Shown piece after piece: positions 48,477 to 62,159 of a stretch of DNA of 64,000 nucleotides. Position 1 is the first letter of the stretch; every line of letters starts with the position of its first letter. A model generated the notes under the pieces. It saw only the letters and a program-made list of their open reading frames with translations, was not told where the DNA came from and ran no database searches. The translations under genes were made by a program, and so were the position numbers. This stretch comes from Nibricoccus sp. (GTDB lineage Bacteria > Verrucomicrobiota > Verrucomicrobiia > Opitutales > Opitutaceae): NCBI GenBank assembly GCA_047602425.1, contig JASGHG010000001.1, forward strand, positions 256,001 through 320,000, written 5' to 3'.

Positions 48477-49745
48477 ATGTCGCTCAACGCCACACCGCTC
48501 AAAGCCCTCGATCCTGAAATTTACTCCGCGATTTCCTCGGAGTATGCCCGTCAGCAGAGCCACATCGAGCTCATTGCCTCGGAAAACTTCACCTACCCGG
48601 CCGTGATGGAGGCCCAGGGCAGTGTGCTGACCAACAAATACGCCGAAGGTTATCCGGCCAAGCGCTGGTATGGCGGTTGCGAATTTGTCGACCAGGTCGA
48701 AAATCTCGCGATCGAGCGTGCGAAAAAACTTTTTGGCGCCGAACACGCCAACGTGCAGCCGCATTCGGGCTCGCAGGCCAATTTCGCCGTTTACACGTCC
48801 GTGCTTCAGCCCGGTGACAAGGTCCTGGGCATGAACCTCAGCCATGGCGGCCATCTCACTCATGGAAATCCGGCAAATTTTTCGGGCAAGTTGTATCAAT
48901 TCGTCCAATACGGCGTCCGTGAGGACACCGGTTTAATCGACTACGACGAACTTGCCGCCACCGCCAACCGCGAGAAGCCCAAGATGATCACGGTCGGCGC
49001 CAGCGCCTACTCGCGCACGATCGACTTCGCCCGCATGGGCGAGATCGCCCGGTCCGTCGGCGCGTTACTCTTCGCCGACATCGCCCACATCGCCGGCCTC
49101 GTCGCCGCCGGCCTTCACCCGTCGCCCGTGCCGCATGCCGATTTCGTCACGACCACGACGCACAAAACGCTGCGCGGTCCCCGAGGCGGGTTGATCTTGT
49201 GCAAGGCTGCGCACGCGAAAGCCATTGACTCCGCCATGTTCCCGGGCGGCCAGGGCGGTCCGCTCATGCACGTCATCGCTGCGAAAGCGGTTTGCTTCGG
49301 CGAATGTCTCAAGCCCGAGTTCAAGAGTTACTCGGCCCAGATCATCAAGAATTCCAAGGCCCTCGCCGCCGCGATGATTTCGCGCGGTTACAAGATCGTT
49401 TCCGGCGGCACCGACAACCATCTTTTCCTCGTCGATCTGCGCGCCAATCTCCCCGAGCTCACCGCGAAGAAGGCCCAGGAGACACTCGATCTCGCCAATA
49501 TCACGTGCAACAAAAACACCGTGCCGTTCGAGACGCGTTCGCCGTTCCAAGCTTCGGGCATCCGCCTCGGCACGCCGGCTGTGACGACGCGCGGCCTGGT
49601 CGAAAAAGACATGGACGAAATCGCCGCCGTCATCGACGCTGTGCTCAAGGCCATCGGCACGCCCAATGAAGCCGCGATCATCGCCGAGACAAAGAAGCGC
49701 GTCGTCGCACTGACCAGCCGTTTCCCCTTGCCGTACAAGCTCTAA
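48477..49745 (+). CDS. glyA: serine hydroxymethyltransferase
   Basis: [44 protein letters not shown]. Confidence 0.98.
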   Translation: MSLNATPLKALDPEIYSAISSEYARQQSHIELIASENFTYPAVMEAQGSVLTNKYAEGYPAKRWYGGCEFVDQVENLAIERAKKLFGAEHANVQPHSGSQANFAVYTSVLQPGDKVLGMNLSHGGHLTHGNPANFSGKLYQFVQYGVREDTGLIDYDELAATANREKPKMITVGASAYSRTIDFARMGEIARSVGALLFADIAHIAGLVAAGLHPSPVPHADFVTTTTHKTLRGPRGGLILCKAAHAKAIDSAMFPGGQGGPLMHVIAAKAVCFGECLKPEFKSYSAQIIKNSKALAAAMISRGYKIVSGGTDNHLFLVDLRANLPELTAKKAQETLDLANITCNKNTVPFETRSPFQASGIRLGTPAVTTRGLVEKDMDEIAAVIDAVLKAIGTPNEAAIIAETKKRVVALTSRFPLPYKL

Positions 49746-49776
49746 TCGCAATCTGCAAAACGCAGGGCCAGAGTTC

Positions 49777-49804
49777 AAAGGCGCACGAACGGTGCGCCTT
49801 TTTT
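49777..49804 (+). terminator. intrinsic terminator after glyA
   Basis: aaaggcgcac-gaacg-gtgcgccttt followed by T run. Confidence 0.8.
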
Positions 49805-49885
49805 GCTTTCCATAGGGTACTTAAAACATTGTAGCCGTTGGGCTGGTAGCCCATACAATTTGGGCAGTCCTTGCTGGCTGACCCC

Positions 49886-52630
49886 ATGACAGCAACCCCC
49901 AACAAATCCCGGCGAAGGCGTCTCTTGGTGCTGTGGCTTGTCGCTCTAACGGGCGTAGCCTTGTCGTCCGCGGGAGCGTGGTGGTTGTACGTTGAGGAAC
50001 AAGGGCGGACCTTGCACGAATTCAGACGTCGCACTCGCAGCCTCGTCAATGTCGTCCAGCAGGTTGTCGCAAGCCGCGAGGAGGCGCTGACCACGCTCCG
50101 CGAACTTTATCACAATTCCGAGAGCGTCACGCGGCACGAGTTCAGCATGGCGGCGGAGGCCTTGATCGGGCGCAAACCCGGCTTGATCGCCTTGCTCTGG
50201 GCTCCGCGCGTTCCCGCGTCGCAACGCCGGTCGTTCGAAGCCGCCGCGTTCGCCAGTGGGTACAACGACTTCAAAATCCATCGCCTCGATTCCGGGCGGC
50301 GCGCACCGCCGACAAACAGTGCCGAAACATTTCCCATCACCTATATCGCCCCCGGCGGCATCTTCCCGGTGGAAGGCCTCGATTTGTCCACGCTTTCGAT
50401 CTGGCCTGAGTTGCAGTCCGCCGCCAAATCGGGCGCCATTCGTTTCGCCCAACCTCCCGGCGCCCTGACGCGCGATGCCCGCGAGCCAAGCTGTCTGCTG
50501 GCGATCCCCGTTTACCGGGACGCCGTGCCGCAGAGCGAAAACGAACGCTCGTCCGCGCTGCAAGGCTTCGTCGTCGGCCTGTTGGACCCGGCGGTGCTGC
50601 TCAATCGAGCAGTCAGCCGCTTGCCGAACCAAGGGCTGGAGGTTCTTCTCGTCGAACGTCAGAAAAATGGCGAGGTCCGTCCGCTCCACTATACACCCGC
50701 CGCAGGAGCCGCTCCTATTCCGGACATCCCTTCCATCGAAGCGATCGCCTACGATCAGCATCATCAGATCGCTTTCGAGCTTGGCGATGGCAATTGGGAG
50801 CTCTGGACGCGGCCAGCGCCCGCATGGCTCACTTCACAGCGAACGTACCGCGAATATATTGCAGGGACCTCAGGTCTGCTTTTCACCGGATTGCTGGTTT
50901 TCTATCTCCGCAGCCTTTTTCGCAACACCGAGGCGGTGGAAATCATGGTTGCCAAGCGCACCGTCGAGCTCACCGAGACGCAAGACCGGCTGCGCGAAGA
51001 CATCCAGCGGCGCATAAAAGCCGAACTATCCCTTAAGGCCAGCGAAGAGCGCTATCGCATCCTCATCAGCCAGAGCACAGAGGCGGTCTGGCTGCTCGAA
51101 ATTCAACCGCCGGTCCCGGTCGACCTCGCGGCCAATGTCCTAATCGACCGCATCCTGCGCGTGGCCCGCCTCGCCGAATGCAATCCCGCCGCCGCCCAGC
51201 TTTACGGCCATTCGCAGCCTTTCGCGGTGATCGGGCGCGATCTCGATTACTTTGCGCCTCAAGCCCGTTCGCGCCACACCGCCGTCCTTCGCGCTTTCGT
51301 GCAAAGCGGATATCATCTTGCCGAACATGAGGCTTGCGACAATCAGCCGGGCGAGCCGCGGGTTTTTCACCACAATCTCATTGGCGTGATCGAGGACGAT
51401 CGCCTTGTCCGCATCTGGGTGACCGAGCGCGAACTCACGCAACAACGCCAGATCGAGCGGGAGCGGCAGGCGCTCGACCGCCAGCTTTCCGAAACCCAGC
51501 GCCTCGAAAGTCTCGGCGTGCTCGCGGGGGGCATCGCCCACGATTTCAACAACCTTCTCACGAGCATCCTGGGACATGCCAGTCTCGGCCGGGCCGAAAT
51601 ACCTTCGGATTCGCCGCTAGACGAACATTTCGTGGAAATCGAAACCGCATCGCGCAGCGCGGCCAATCTCTGCCAGCAGATGCTCGCCTACGCCGGGAAA
51701 GGCCGGTTCGTGGTGAAACTTCAGGATCTTTCGCAGCTCATCGCCCAATCCGCTCATTTGATCCAAACTTCGATCAGCCACCACTGCTCGGTCAATTTCC
51801 AGCTGGCGGAAAATCTCCCGCCGGTCATGGCCGACGCGTTGCAGATCCAGCAGATCGTGATGAACCTCGTCTTGAACGCCTCGGAAGCCATCGGCGCGCG
51901 CGGGGGACAAATCACGCTTTTCACCGAACTCGTTCATCCCGACTCAACCACCTTCAATGGCTGCCCTTGTGTCCCCTCACCCATTGCGGATGAATATGTC
52001 TCCCTCACCGTCCAGGACAGCGGCGCCGGCATGGACGCGACGACTCTCTCACGGATTTTCGAACCATTCTTCACCACCAAATTCACCGGCCGCGGCCTCG
52101 GATTGCCCGCGACCCTCGGTATCGTGCGCAGTCATCAAGGGGCGCTGCGGGTCGACAGCCATCCCGGCGTGGGCACGTCGATTACTCTATTTCTTCCCAC
52201 CGCCACCCCGCAGGTCGACGAGGCGCGAAAAGCCGATACAAAAACCCCGTGGGAGCCCGAAGGCACTTTGCTTTTTATCGATGACGAAGCCTCGGTGCGC
52301 GGCGTGGGTGAGCGCATGGCGCGCGCGCTGGGATTCAGCGCCTTGAGCGCTGCCGATGGAACCCAAGGCATTGAACTTTTTCGGCACTATCAGCCGAGCA
52401 TCACCGCCGTCCTCGTCGACCTTTCGATGCCGGTCCTCACCGGCGAGGAAACCATGCAACGACTGCGCGCCATTTCCCCCGCGCTGCCTTTGATCTGCAT
52501 GAGCGGCTACAACCAGCCCAACACGCTCAGCGTGCATGGCCTCGCGCCGTTTTTCCTCTCAAAACCTTTTAACATCACCCAATTTCAATCCGTCGTGCGC
52601 CAGGCCACCAAGAAACGCGCCGCTGTCTAG
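49886..52630 (+). CDS. hybrid sensor histidine kinase (CHASE-PAS-HisKA-HATPase-REC)
   Basis: Two TMs around a CHASE-like region; LAGGIAHDFNNLL, FEPFFTTK.GRGLGL, C-terminal receiver. Confidence 0.9.
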   Translation: MTATPNKSRRRRLLVLWLVALTGVALSSAGAWWLYVEEQGRTLHEFRRRTRSLVNVVQQVVASREEALTTLRELYHNSESVTRHEFSMAAEALIGRKPGLIALLWAPRVPASQRRSFEAAAFASGYNDFKIHRLDSGRRAPPTNSAETFPITYIAPGGIFPVEGLDLSTLSIWPELQSAAKSGAIRFAQPPGALTRDAREPSCLLAIPVYRDAVPQSENERSSALQGFVVGLLDPAVLLNRAVSRLPNQGLEVLLVERQKNGEVRPLHYTPAAGAAPIPDIPSIEAIAYDQHHQIAFELGDGNWELWTRPAPAWLTSQRTYREYIAGTSGLLFTGLLVFYLRSLFRNTEAVEIMVAKRTVELTETQDRLREDIQRRIKAELSLKASEERYRILISQSTEAVWLLEIQPPVPVDLAANVLIDRILRVARLAECNPAAAQLYGHSQPFAVIGRDLDYFAPQARSRHTAVLRAFVQSGYHLAEHEACDNQPGEPRVFHHNLIGVIEDDRLVRIWVTERELTQQRQIERERQALDRQLSETQRLESLGVLAGGIAHDFNNLLTSILGHASLGRAEIPSDSPLDEHFVEIETASRSAANLCQQMLAYAGKGRFVVKLQDLSQLIAQSAHLIQTSISHHCSVNFQLAENLPPVMADALQIQQIVMNLVLNASEAIGARGGQITLFTELVHPDSTTFNGCPCVPSPIADEYVSLTVQDSGAGMDATTLSRIFEPFFTTKFTGRGLGLPATLGIVRSHQGALRVDSHPGVGTSITLFLPTATPQVDEARKADTKTPWEPEGTLLFIDDEASVRGVGERMARALGFSALSAADGTQGIELFRHYQPSITAVLVDLSMPVLTGEETMQRLRAISPALPLICMSGYNQPNTLSVHGLAPFFLSKPFNITQFQSVVRQATKKRAAV

Positions 52631-52807
52631 ACGGGAAGGCTAGTCGCCGTTTAGTGGCGAAAACCACGATTGACGCGCGTAGCCCATTGCCGATGTTTGC
52701 CCACAGCCTTTTAACTGGCCGGAGTCGGCCCGTTGCCGGCTGATCCAACAAACACATCCGACATTTTCAATTTCGACAGTCCAAATCGCGTCTGCTGAGC
52801 TTCACCC

Positions 52808-55783
<2,976 letters not shown>

Positions 55784-56062
55784 GCGCGGCAGATATTATT
55801 AAACCAGCTGCTTTGGCCCAGCTATTCATCCATCGAGCTTCGTCGTTCGACCGCCACGCTGCGCAATAACCATTGGCATTTCCCAAAAATCGTCGCGCTA
55901 ACTTCGTTGTGCGTCTGTGCCAGCTTTAGGACACGATAATACAATTGGTCTGCGTAACCCTTTCATCGCTCGACGTGTACTAACGTTCAAAACCCCGCCT
56001 AACGCCCCTTTTTTTGCTCCTTGGCGTTGCAAACTCAGCCGTTATTCCTCCGGTCTACCACT

Positions 56063-57394
56063 GTGACCAACACTTCCACTCAAGCCGCCCCACCCAAACG
56101 CCCGCTTTCTCTCGGGGTCATTTTTCTCACGCTCTACATCGACCTGATCGGCTTCTCGATCATCTTCCCGCTTGGGCCGGATCTTCTTCACTACTACCTA
56201 AACCTCGAGGGCTCCAACGGCGCCTTGGGCTGGCTCGTGCGACACATCGAACCCATCGCGCACTTTTTCGGCAATACGACTCACCTGCCGGAAGTGCTTT
56301 TCGGCGGCATCGTCAGTTCGCTTTTTTCCATCATGCAGTTTGTGTGCGCTCCGCTCTGGGGCGGCTTGTCCGACAAACGCGGACGTCGCGGCGTCTTGCT
56401 TTTCACCGTGGCCGGTACGGCCGCGAGCTACTTATTGTGGGTATTCAGCGGTTCGTTCTGGATCTTTCTTGCTGCCCGACTGCTCGCCGGCGTTTTCGGC
56501 GGCAACCTCTCTGTCGCCACCGCCGCCGTAGCCGATGTCACCACCCGCGAGGAACGTTCCAAGGCCATGGGGCTCGTCGGCGCGGCCTTTGGCCTCGGTC
56601 TTGTCACCGGCCCTCTAATTGGCGCCTTTGCCTCGCACGTCAATTTGCTCACGAACCACCCGCGGCTCGCAACATGGGGCATCAATCCCTTTTCCGTTCC
56701 GGCGTTGATCGCGTTCGGCCTCGGCCTGCTCAACCTCGTCTGGATTACCCGGCGCTTCAAGGAGACGCTTCCGCCGGAAACTCGCGGCAAAAGCACCGAG
56801 ACCCGCACGCGCAACCCCCTGCGCGCCATCCTTTCGCTCGACAACGCTTCCGTGCGCAGCGTCAACCTCGTGTCTTTCGTTTACCAACTCGCCTTCGTCG
56901 CCATGGAAGCGTCGCTGGTCTTTGTCGGTTTCGAGCGGTTTCACTGGACTGCCAAGGAAAACGGCATGCTCATGGGCTTCCTCGGTTTTTGCTCCATCAT
57001 CACGCAAGGTATGATTGTCCGCCGTTTGCTCAAACGCATGAAGGAAACGACGATTTTGAGCAGCGGCCTTATATTCTCGGCCACTGGACTTTTTTGTATC
57101 GGTTATGCCAGCACCTCCGGCCTGCTCTACCTCGGTGTCGCGCTGCTCGCGCTGGGCGGCGGCCTGGTCAATCCCTCAACTACCGGGCTCATCTCGCTCT
57201 ACGCGAGTGCCGCGGAGCAGGGTCGCGTGCTGGGCATTTTCCGTTCGCTCGGCTCCCTGGCCCGGGCAGTGACGCCGATTATCGCGGGAATTGTATTTTT
57301 TACTGTCGGTGCACATTGGTTGTATTGCGTTGCGGCCGCCCTCGCGCTTGGCTCATGCTTCCTGAGTCTCAAGCTGCCTCAACCGGTTAAATGA
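56063..57394 (+). CDS. MFS transporter (TetA/DHA1-like)
   Basis: GGLSDKRGRR motif A, about 12 TMs; GTG start inferred. Confidence 0.9.
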   Translation: MTNTSTQAAPPKRPLSLGVIFLTLYIDLIGFSIIFPLGPDLLHYYLNLEGSNGALGWLVRHIEPIAHFFGNTTHLPEVLFGGIVSSLFSIMQFVCAPLWGGLSDKRGRRGVLLFTVAGTAASYLLWVFSGSFWIFLAARLLAGVFGGNLSVATAAVADVTTREERSKAMGLVGAAFGLGLVTGPLIGAFASHVNLLTNHPRLATWGINPFSVPALIAFGLGLLNLVWITRRFKETLPPETRGKSTETRTRNPLRAILSLDNASVRSVNLVSFVYQLAFVAMEASLVFVGFERFHWTAKENGMLMGFLGFCSIITQGMIVRRLLKRMKETTILSSGLIFSATGLFCIGYASTSGLLYLGVALLALGGGLVNPSTTGLISLYASAAEQGRVLGIFRSLGSLARAVTPIIAGIVFFTVGAHWLYCVAAALALGSCFLSLKLPQPVK

Positions 57395-58584
57395 TCCGCC
57401 CGCGCTTCCAGCTCCATCTCCTCGCCACACTCGCCACGCTGCTGGTGCTTGTCGGCTGTGTGAACTCGCGCGATCTCAAGCCCGGCCGCACCACCCTGCC
57501 GAAGAAACCGCTCGTCGTTCCGGCCCAGATTGTCGGCAACCTGTTCATCGTGGAAGCAAAATGGGACAAACATGGCCCGTGGCGCTTCCTGGTCGATACT
57601 GGTTCGGCTGTTACGCTCGTCTCCGGCGAATTCGCCAAACGCTACGCCACCGACAAAGCCGCGCTCGGCGCCCCGGCGGTGCGCGTCAAGGGCACCGACA
57701 GCAATGCCACACTGCTGCCCGCCGTCACCTTGCGTTCGATCGAATTGGACAATGCCCGCTTCGAAAACGTGCAGGCGCTGATTTACAATTTCGACGAACT
57801 TTCCGCCCATCTCGGCCTGAAGATCGACGGCGTACTTGGCTTCCCGCTCTTCCGCGAAACCGTTTTCACCCTCGACTACCCCCAATCGCGTCTCGTGTTG
57901 AAACCCGCCTGGCCCGCGCCCATGCCCACGCCAGATCTCGGCACCACGATCAAGTTCAACAACACCCAGCGCACGCCCTTCATCCCGGTCCGCCTCGGCG
58001 CCGAAAACGTCATCGCCCTGATCGACTCCGGCAACGATGGACCGCTCATGCTCAATCCGCTGGGTCTGCATACGCGCTTCGTCCAGGGGCCGCGCGCAGG
58101 GGTCGACGTCGGCACCGTCGCCGGCAGTCGCACACAGCAACTCGGACGGATTGAACAACCACTCGACATCGGCCCTTTCCGCTTTGAGCAACCCATCATC
58201 GAAATTTCCGACCGCCTGACCGCGATCAGCGGCTCGATTTTGAAGAATTTCTCCGTGACCTTTGATCAGTCGCGCAACCAAGTCAGTTTTTACCGGGCCT
58301 CCACCAACCCGATCCCGCCAACTCCGCGTCGCACGATCGGCATCAGTTTTTCCAAAACCCCCGCCTACTGGCGCGTCGCCGGCATAGTCGCCGCTTCGCC
58401 CGCCGAAACCGCTGGAGTAAAAACCGGCGACCTCGTCACGCGCATCAACGGCGAAAGCATCGCCGATTGGAATTACACGCGCTATGACGCCCTTGTCCGC
58501 CGCGCCGAAGAAATCACTTTCACCTTCCTGCAAGGCACCAAGGAAGTCCCCGTCGTCATCCCGACCTTCGTCCTCGTGCCGTAA
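57391..58584 (+). CDS. lipoprotein with two retropepsin-like aspartyl protease domains and PDZ
   Basis: LVGC lipobox, FLVDTGS, ALIDSG, SPAETAGVKTGDLVTRING. Confidence 0.85.
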   Translation: MIRPRFQLHLLATLATLLVLVGCVNSRDLKPGRTTLPKKPLVVPAQIVGNLFIVEAKWDKHGPWRFLVDTGSAVTLVSGEFAKRYATDKAALGAPAVRVKGTDSNATLLPAVTLRSIELDNARFENVQALIYNFDELSAHLGLKIDGVLGFPLFRETVFTLDYPQSRLVLKPAWPAPMPTPDLGTTIKFNNTQRTPFIPVRLGAENVIALIDSGNDGPLMLNPLGLHTRFVQGPRAGVDVGTVAGSRTQQLGRIEQPLDIGPFRFEQPIIEISDRLTAISGSILKNFSVTFDQSRNQVSFYRASTNPIPPTPRRTIGISFSKTPAYWRVAGIVAASPAETAGVKTGDLVTRINGESIADWNYTRYDALVRRAEEITFTFLQGTKEVPVVIPTFVLVP

Positions 58585-58599
58585 GGAGCCGCTTGCGGC

Positions 58600-58745
58600 G
58601 TAGCGCCTCAGTTCACTGAGGCGTCGAGCAAGCTCAAGCGCTACGTTTCTGACCCATTGAGCGTTCAACGTTAAACGTTCAGCGTTGAGCGTTTCTTCTC
58701 CCGCTCCATCCCACGCTCTCTCCGTTCCCTCCGTTACCTCCTGTG
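58600..58745. repeat. intergenic cluster of REP-like palindrome and short tandem repeats
   Basis: gtagcgc...gcgctac with inner cgcctcagt/actgaggcg; five 7-mers ttgagcg/ttcaacg/ttaaacg/ttcagcg/ttgagcg at 58657-58691; ctccgtt doublet. Confidence 0.6.
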
Positions 58746-58845
58746 AAAAAAAACGGATCGATCACAACAGATGCTCCAACCGCCTTGTACTTTCTCAGAT
58801 TTGCCTTTCGCCCGCTTCGAAATTTGCTGACCTTCTTCCTCCCTC

Positions 58846-59655
58846 ATGTCCGCCCTCGCAAAATACCGGCACGCCTTCCTCGTCGGCCTTCAAAGCAGTC
58901 TCGTTTACCGCTGGAACTTTGCCATCCGCGCGTCCTTTTCCCTCTTCCACTTGGTTGTCGTATTCATTCTCTGGGGCGCCGCCTTCGAGGGGCGGACACA
59001 TATCGGCAATTTCAGCATCGAGCAGACGATGACCTATTTCATCCTCATGCTCGTGCTACAGTTTTTCATCGGCGCCTTCAACGAGGACTACCAGATCAGC
59101 GAGGAAATCCGCAATGGCCTCATCAATCAGTTCCTGTTGAAGCCAGTGAACTATTTTCTCTACCGCATCAGCATTTTCCTTTCCGCGCGCCTTGTCTCTG
59201 GCTTGCTCGCGTTGCTGCCCGTGGCGCTCGCTCTCCCACTGCTTCACCACTATCTCACGTTTCCAACCGATCCCTGGCGACTCGCGCTCGGCCTGCCCGC
59301 GATGGTTATGTCGGGGCTCATCCAGTTCACCATCGCCTATTGCTTCGGCCTGCTGACGTTTTGGTTTTTGGAAATCCAGTCGTTCATCATCCTTTCATTC
59401 GCGATCGAAACGCTGCTCGGCGGACAAGTTTTCCCCCTCGATTTGATGCCCAACTGGCTCTTCGAGCTCTCGCGCTATCTGCCGTATTACTACCAAATGT
59501 ATTTCCCGGTTTCGATTTTCACCGGCCGGCTCAACGACCCCATGCAGGCCGCCATCGGCCTCGGGATTCAAGCTTTCTGGGTCGTCGCCCTGCTGGGCCT
59601 TGCTCAACTCCTCTGGACCCGCGGCCTGCGTCGCCACACCGCCGTCGGAGGCTGA
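58846..59655 (+). CDS. ABC-2 family permease (DUF990-like)
   Basis: Six TMs; EEIRNG..NQFLLKPVNY, GGQVFPLDLMP. Confidence 0.85.
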   Translation: MSALAKYRHAFLVGLQSSLVYRWNFAIRASFSLFHLVVVFILWGAAFEGRTHIGNFSIEQTMTYFILMLVLQFFIGAFNEDYQISEEIRNGLINQFLLKPVNYFLYRISIFLSARLVSGLLALLPVALALPLLHHYLTFPTDPWRLALGLPAMVMSGLIQFTIAYCFGLLTFWFLEIQSFIILSFAIETLLGGQVFPLDLMPNWLFELSRYLPYYYQMYFPVSIFTGRLNDPMQAAIGLGIQAFWVVALLGLAQLLWTRGLRRHTAVGG

Positions 59656-59670
59656 AAAACAAACCATTTG

Positions 59671-59766
59671 ACCACGGATTTTACGAATGACCACGGATGA
59701 ATGCGAAAAATTTCCAAGTTTTTGGCTCTTTGGATTGTTTGCGTGCTTATCCGTGCAATCCGTGGT
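59671..59766. repeat. palindromic intergenic repeat
   Basis: accacggat (twice) ... atccgtgcaatccgtggt inverted arms. Confidence 0.65.
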
Positions 59767-59781
59767 TAAAAAAATAAATCC

Positions 59782-60576
59782 ATGAAGCTCATCGGCTATT
59801 TTCGTATTTGGCTCGCCTGCATCCGCTACTCGGTCGTGCGCACGATGATGTTTCGCTTCGATACGCTTATGTGGGCACTGGTCGAACTTTTCTGGATGGC
59901 CGTCAACATCCTCACCATCGAGGTCATCTATAGCCACACCGATGCCATTGCCGGGTGGAAGGAAAATGAAATGCTGCTCCTCGTCGGGTCCGCGATGATC
60001 ATGCAGCGCCTCTTCATGGGGCTTTTTTGGAGCAACCTTTTCGAGGTCGGCCGCAACGTCCGCAGCGGACATTTCGACTTCTTTCTCGCGCAGCCTGGCA
60101 ATCCGCTCTTCATGGTTTCCACGCGCAAGATCGACCTCGACGGCCTCGGCAACGTCTTTATCGCCGCTGCGGTTGTGATTTATGCCGCAACCAAGCTCCA
60201 CCTCCAGCCCGGCCCCGGCGATATCGCATTCTACCTGCTGCTGCTCGCGATCGGCCTCGTCGTTCACTATAGCACGATGGTGCTCGTCGTCTCGCTCACG
60301 TTCTGGATCGTGAAAACCGAGGGCCTGGAGGGAAGTTATTTCACCTTGTACGAATTTTCCCGCATGCCACGCGAAGCGTTCAAGGGCATCGCCAATGTCG
60401 TATTCGTTTACGCACTACCGGTGGTGGTCGTGAGCTATGCACCCGCCCGCATGTTGCTCGATGGATTTAATCTCAATCTCATGCTCTGGCTCGTCGGCGC
60501 CGCCGCGGCTTGGTTCTCGTTCGCGGTTTTCGTTTTCCACCGCGGTCTCCGCCGCTATTCCAGCGCCAGCTCGTGA
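59782..60576 (+). CDS. ABC-2 family permease (DUF990-like)
   Basis: VRSGHFDFFLAQP, GLRRYSSASS terminus. Confidence 0.85.
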   Translation: MKLIGYFRIWLACIRYSVVRTMMFRFDTLMWALVELFWMAVNILTIEVIYSHTDAIAGWKENEMLLLVGSAMIMQRLFMGLFWSNLFEVGRNVRSGHFDFFLAQPGNPLFMVSTRKIDLDGLGNVFIAAAVVIYAATKLHLQPGPGDIAFYLLLLAIGLVVHYSTMVLVVSLTFWIVKTEGLEGSYFTLYEFSRMPREAFKGIANVVFVYALPVVVVSYAPARMLLDGFNLNLMLWLVGAAAAWFSFAVFVFHRGLRRYSSASS

Positions 60577-60796
60577 GGACAGCCGGAATTCCTTGACCAC
60601 TTATGAACACTTATTGGCATTGATTGGGTTCGGTACTGACAACTGTCTCAAAAATTAGCGCTCATTAGCGAAAATGAGCGGTTCAACAAATGACCGAAGC
60701 TCGATCAAACTGTCCCACACGGAAAGGGTTTCACCATCAGTGTCGATCAATGAAAGTAAGTGGCTCAAAAATCTCTCCCTTCTCAGTCCATTCCAG

Positions 60797-61603
60797 ATGA
60801 ATCTCGCCACCATCCTCCGCCCTGCCGCCCTTTTCGCCCTTCTGAGCGCCGCCTTCGTGCAATCGCTTGCCGCCGCTGCCATCGAAGATGCTCCGCTCGC
60901 GCCCGTCGGTCCCAAAGCCAAAATTCACCCTGCCCTTCACCTTGTGGGCGACTCGACCATGGCTGACAAACCAATCGACAAGCCCAACCCCGAACGCGGC
61001 TGGGGCCAGCTTTTCCCCACGCTCCTCAAGGAACCCGCCCGCGTCGTCAATCACGCCCAAAACGGCCGCAGTTCGAAAAGCTTTCGCGAAGAAGGCCGCT
61101 GGCAAAACGTCCTCGAACAAATTGAAAAGGGCGATTTCGTGCTGATCGAGTTCGGCCATAACGATCAAAAATCCCAAGACCCCAAGCGCTACGCCGCTGC
61201 CGAAACCGATTTCAAGGACAACCTCCGCCGGTTCATCCACGAGGCGACGGCCAAAGGCGCGTCCGTGCTCCTTGCCTCGCCCGTAAACCGCCGCAAATTC
61301 GACGATAAAGGTCAGCTCACGGAAACCCTCGGCGCCTACCCCGATGCCATGCGCGCCGTTGCCTCTGAGGAAAAGGTTCCCCTCATCGATCTACATAAAC
61401 TCACCCGTCCGGTCCTCGAAAAGCTCGGCCCCGAAAATTCGAAATCGCTTTTCGTTTGGGTGAAGCCCGGGGAATACGCCATTCTCCCTAAAGGTCGCGA
61501 AGACGACACCCATTTCAACGAAAAGGGCGCCCTTGCCGTGTCCGAACTCGTCGCCACCGATCTCCGCGCCCAAAAACATCCGCTCGCTGACTGGCTGAAG
61601 TAA
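60797..61603 (+). CDS. SGNH/GDSL esterase (rhamnogalacturonan acetylesterase-like, CE12)
   Basis: GDST, GWGQ, NHAQNGRSSKSF, IEFGHNDQK, DDTHF. Confidence 0.9.
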   Translation: MNLATILRPAALFALLSAAFVQSLAAAAIEDAPLAPVGPKAKIHPALHLVGDSTMADKPIDKPNPERGWGQLFPTLLKEPARVVNHAQNGRSSKSFREEGRWQNVLEQIEKGDFVLIEFGHNDQKSQDPKRYAAAETDFKDNLRRFIHEATAKGASVLLASPVNRRKFDDKGQLTETLGAYPDAMRAVASEEKVPLIDLHKLTRPVLEKLGPENSKSLFVWVKPGEYAILPKGREDDTHFNEKGALAVSELVATDLRAQKHPLADWLK

Positions 61604-61727
61604 ACGCTCCAGCCTTCGAGCAAACCGCCGTCGCCGCCCGCTCGTTCAACGCCGGCAGATCGCAACGCCTATCGTTGCTCAAATCATTTTTCTATTTTTC
61701 GGCCTTACGACAAATTCAAGAATAACC

Positions 61728-61856
61728 TAGAGCACATACGATAAAACTGTAGCCGTAAATCGGTACTACAAACCGAGCTGTCTTCGTAGGGGGCGCAGCA
61801 AGACTGCGCCCCTACAGCCGGAGTTGTGCGGTTATGACATTTTTAAAAATGCTCTA
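61728..61856. repeat. MITE/REP-like element
   Basis: tagagca...tgctcta terminal inverted repeats enclosing gtagggggcgcagcaagactgcgcccctac hairpin (61786-61815). Confidence 0.55.
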
Positions 61857-62159
61857 ATAGGTTACTCGTACCGTCCGGCTACCAAGTTTTGCCTAGAGCC
61901 AATTACGTCTGCTTGATGACATCGCCTACTTTTCTCCCTGCGCACGCTGCTAAACACGCCTCGCGTCGCCAGCCAGCATGGAGATTTCTCAGTTCTTATG
62001 GCTTCGATGGCCGGACCGGTGCCCACGATATCTCTGACTTCACGCAACCCATTCTTATAGCCGACCTAAAGCTTGCGACTCCGCTGCAACCTCACATGCT
62101 TTCACGCAAGCCGACCGGACTACCATTGTTCCAGCCAGCTCTGAGAAAAGGAGTCACTC

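Noticed and set aside
56014..57390. 458 aa alternate-frame ORF over the MFS gene
   Set aside because: Arg/Pro-rich frame artefact; the MFS frame carries all family motifs
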